Part shown: piece by piece, positions 62,772 through 64,000 of the stretch
Layout: each line of letters begins with the position of its first letter
Position numbering within the stretch: position 1 is the first letter of the stretch
The notes under the pieces: generated by a model
Databases searched by the model: none
Told to the model about the DNA's origin: nothing
Seen by the model: the letters and a program-made list of their open reading frames with translations, nothing else
DNA from: Leucoraja ocellata
Lineage: Eukaryota
DNA length: 64,000 nucleotides
Direction: 5' to 3'
Assembly: GCA_036785375.1 (NCBI GenBank)
Contig: JAWMAR010000884.1
Location: 62,001 to 126,000, forward strand
Position numbers and translations under genes: made by a program

Positions 62772-64000
62772 ACAATTTGCTGATAACGTACATCATCTGT
62801 GAACATTTGGCAACACAATGCAGATATAATTGTGGCAGATTTTGGATTTAGGAAATTGTAGTGGGAAACACCAATCATTCTTTGATGTAGATACTTCTCA
62901 AAGCAGTTATTTGAACAGTGGTTTGTAGGCAGTAAACCTATAACCACAACACTGCTGGAGTAGCTCAGCATGTCAGGCAGTATCTCTGGAGAACATGGAT
63001 AGGTGATGTGTCTTCACCTTTGTCACCTATGCATGATGCTGGCTGACCTGCTGAATTACTCCTGCATTTTGTGCCCTCTTGTGTACTAACCAGCATCTGA
63101 AGTCCCACGTTTCTATGCTTTAACCACTACTAGTAGCTTGAGGCATTCTATTCATTGTAAGCCTATGCAACCCATGTTATTCATGTACGGTCCCTCCTTC
63201 GAAGTACCATCCTTATAGGGAGGAAGTCGATGGTAGCATCTCAAATGAATGAGTTCAATGGATAATCTGCCAGACGATAGGCAGCAGGGTTAATACTGCC
63301 TGAGGGATTAAATCACAAAAATGAGAAGGCAACATAAATATTACGTGGTCAAAAAGCTGGGGATTAATCAAGCTTCTCAATCCTCGTGCTCACAGAACTC
63401 TATTCTCCAGTTTCTTCACGCTTCTTCAAAATAGCGTCTACAAGTAGAATTAAAATTGCCAGAAGGAGCTGGAGCATCAGCCCAAGGATAATTTGCACCT
63501 CATCACTAAGTATTGTGCAGTCATTCAGGTTGCCAGTTCTCATAATAAGCATGTTAATGTCCAGCTAATTTGCACAATTTGTTCTGGGGCCTGAAATTGA
63601 CACCAATTTAATGGTTACAGATTGCTGGACAGGCCGACCCCTCTAGGTGGTTGCAGTAATAAAGCTAAAAGCAGAGAGGCTGCATTTACAAATGACAGCT
63701 TAGACTTCCTCATTTAAAGAGGTTTAATGAATCTCCCTGCTCACTGTTTGGTCTCCTGGAAACATTAGCAGAAATGTATCCAAGACGCTGTGGGCTACTA
63801 CCTTGCAAAGATATGGAGGAAAGAGAGGAATGGAACCATGATTCAGCACAAACATTTAATTTTTACCCAAGATTAGTGTCTTGCAGCAAGTGCACAAAAC
63901 GTGGAAACCCCAGAATTGAATGTAAATGGTATTGGTATTACATCTCTATAGTCATGCGTACAGGTCCACCACCATTTTCTCCGGCAACTGGTGGTCCGGC

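Noticed and set aside
63959-64000. Possible TA-flanked DNA-transposon/MITE left end (TA|CAGGTCCACC...)
   Set aside because: Truncated by the window edge; no second TIR to confirm it.
43500-64000. Exons of a neighbouring gene such as CHST15
   Set aside because: No recognisable coding exon found by eye.

Overview
Eukaryotic (vertebrate) DNA, most likely a cartilaginous fish (skate/ray). This is inferred from the HE1-like V-SINE/CR1, Penelope, Rex1-like and DIRS repeat content, not from a database match. The only host gene I can support is the 5' end of a CPXM2-like carboxypeptidase X gene on the minus strand: coding exon 1 at 42441-42681 and exon 2 at 41657-41758. Positions 1-41656 appear to be intron 2 and positions above ~42700 are upstream DNA. 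The window is dominated by transposable elements: an apparently intact DIRS1-type tyrosine-recombinase retrotransposon (28768-33557) nested in a hAT-like element, inside a Gypsy element, inside a CR1; a second, decayed DIRS; a near-intact DD34E Tc1 inserted in a Penelope RT; a decayed class I ERV; and many LINE/SINE fragments. Highlights: (1) a ~135-bp TSD-flanked retroposon that begins exactly at G1 of a 54-nt minimal HDV/CPEB3-like ribozyme fold, probably a Vingi-dependent ribozyme SINE; (2) an aberrant Gypsy cDNA in which the LTR/PBS runs on through 35 nt of primer tRNA-Leu, with A>G exactly at position 58, then switches into antisense pol; (3) splice signals shared by both DIRS copies, suggesting a spliced recombinase mRNA; (4) Penelope-derived minimal hammerhead mini-elements; (5) a GC-rich non-autonomous retroelement core carrying three different LINE tails; (6) a minisatellite born from the VTSG codons of a CR1 reverse transcriptase.
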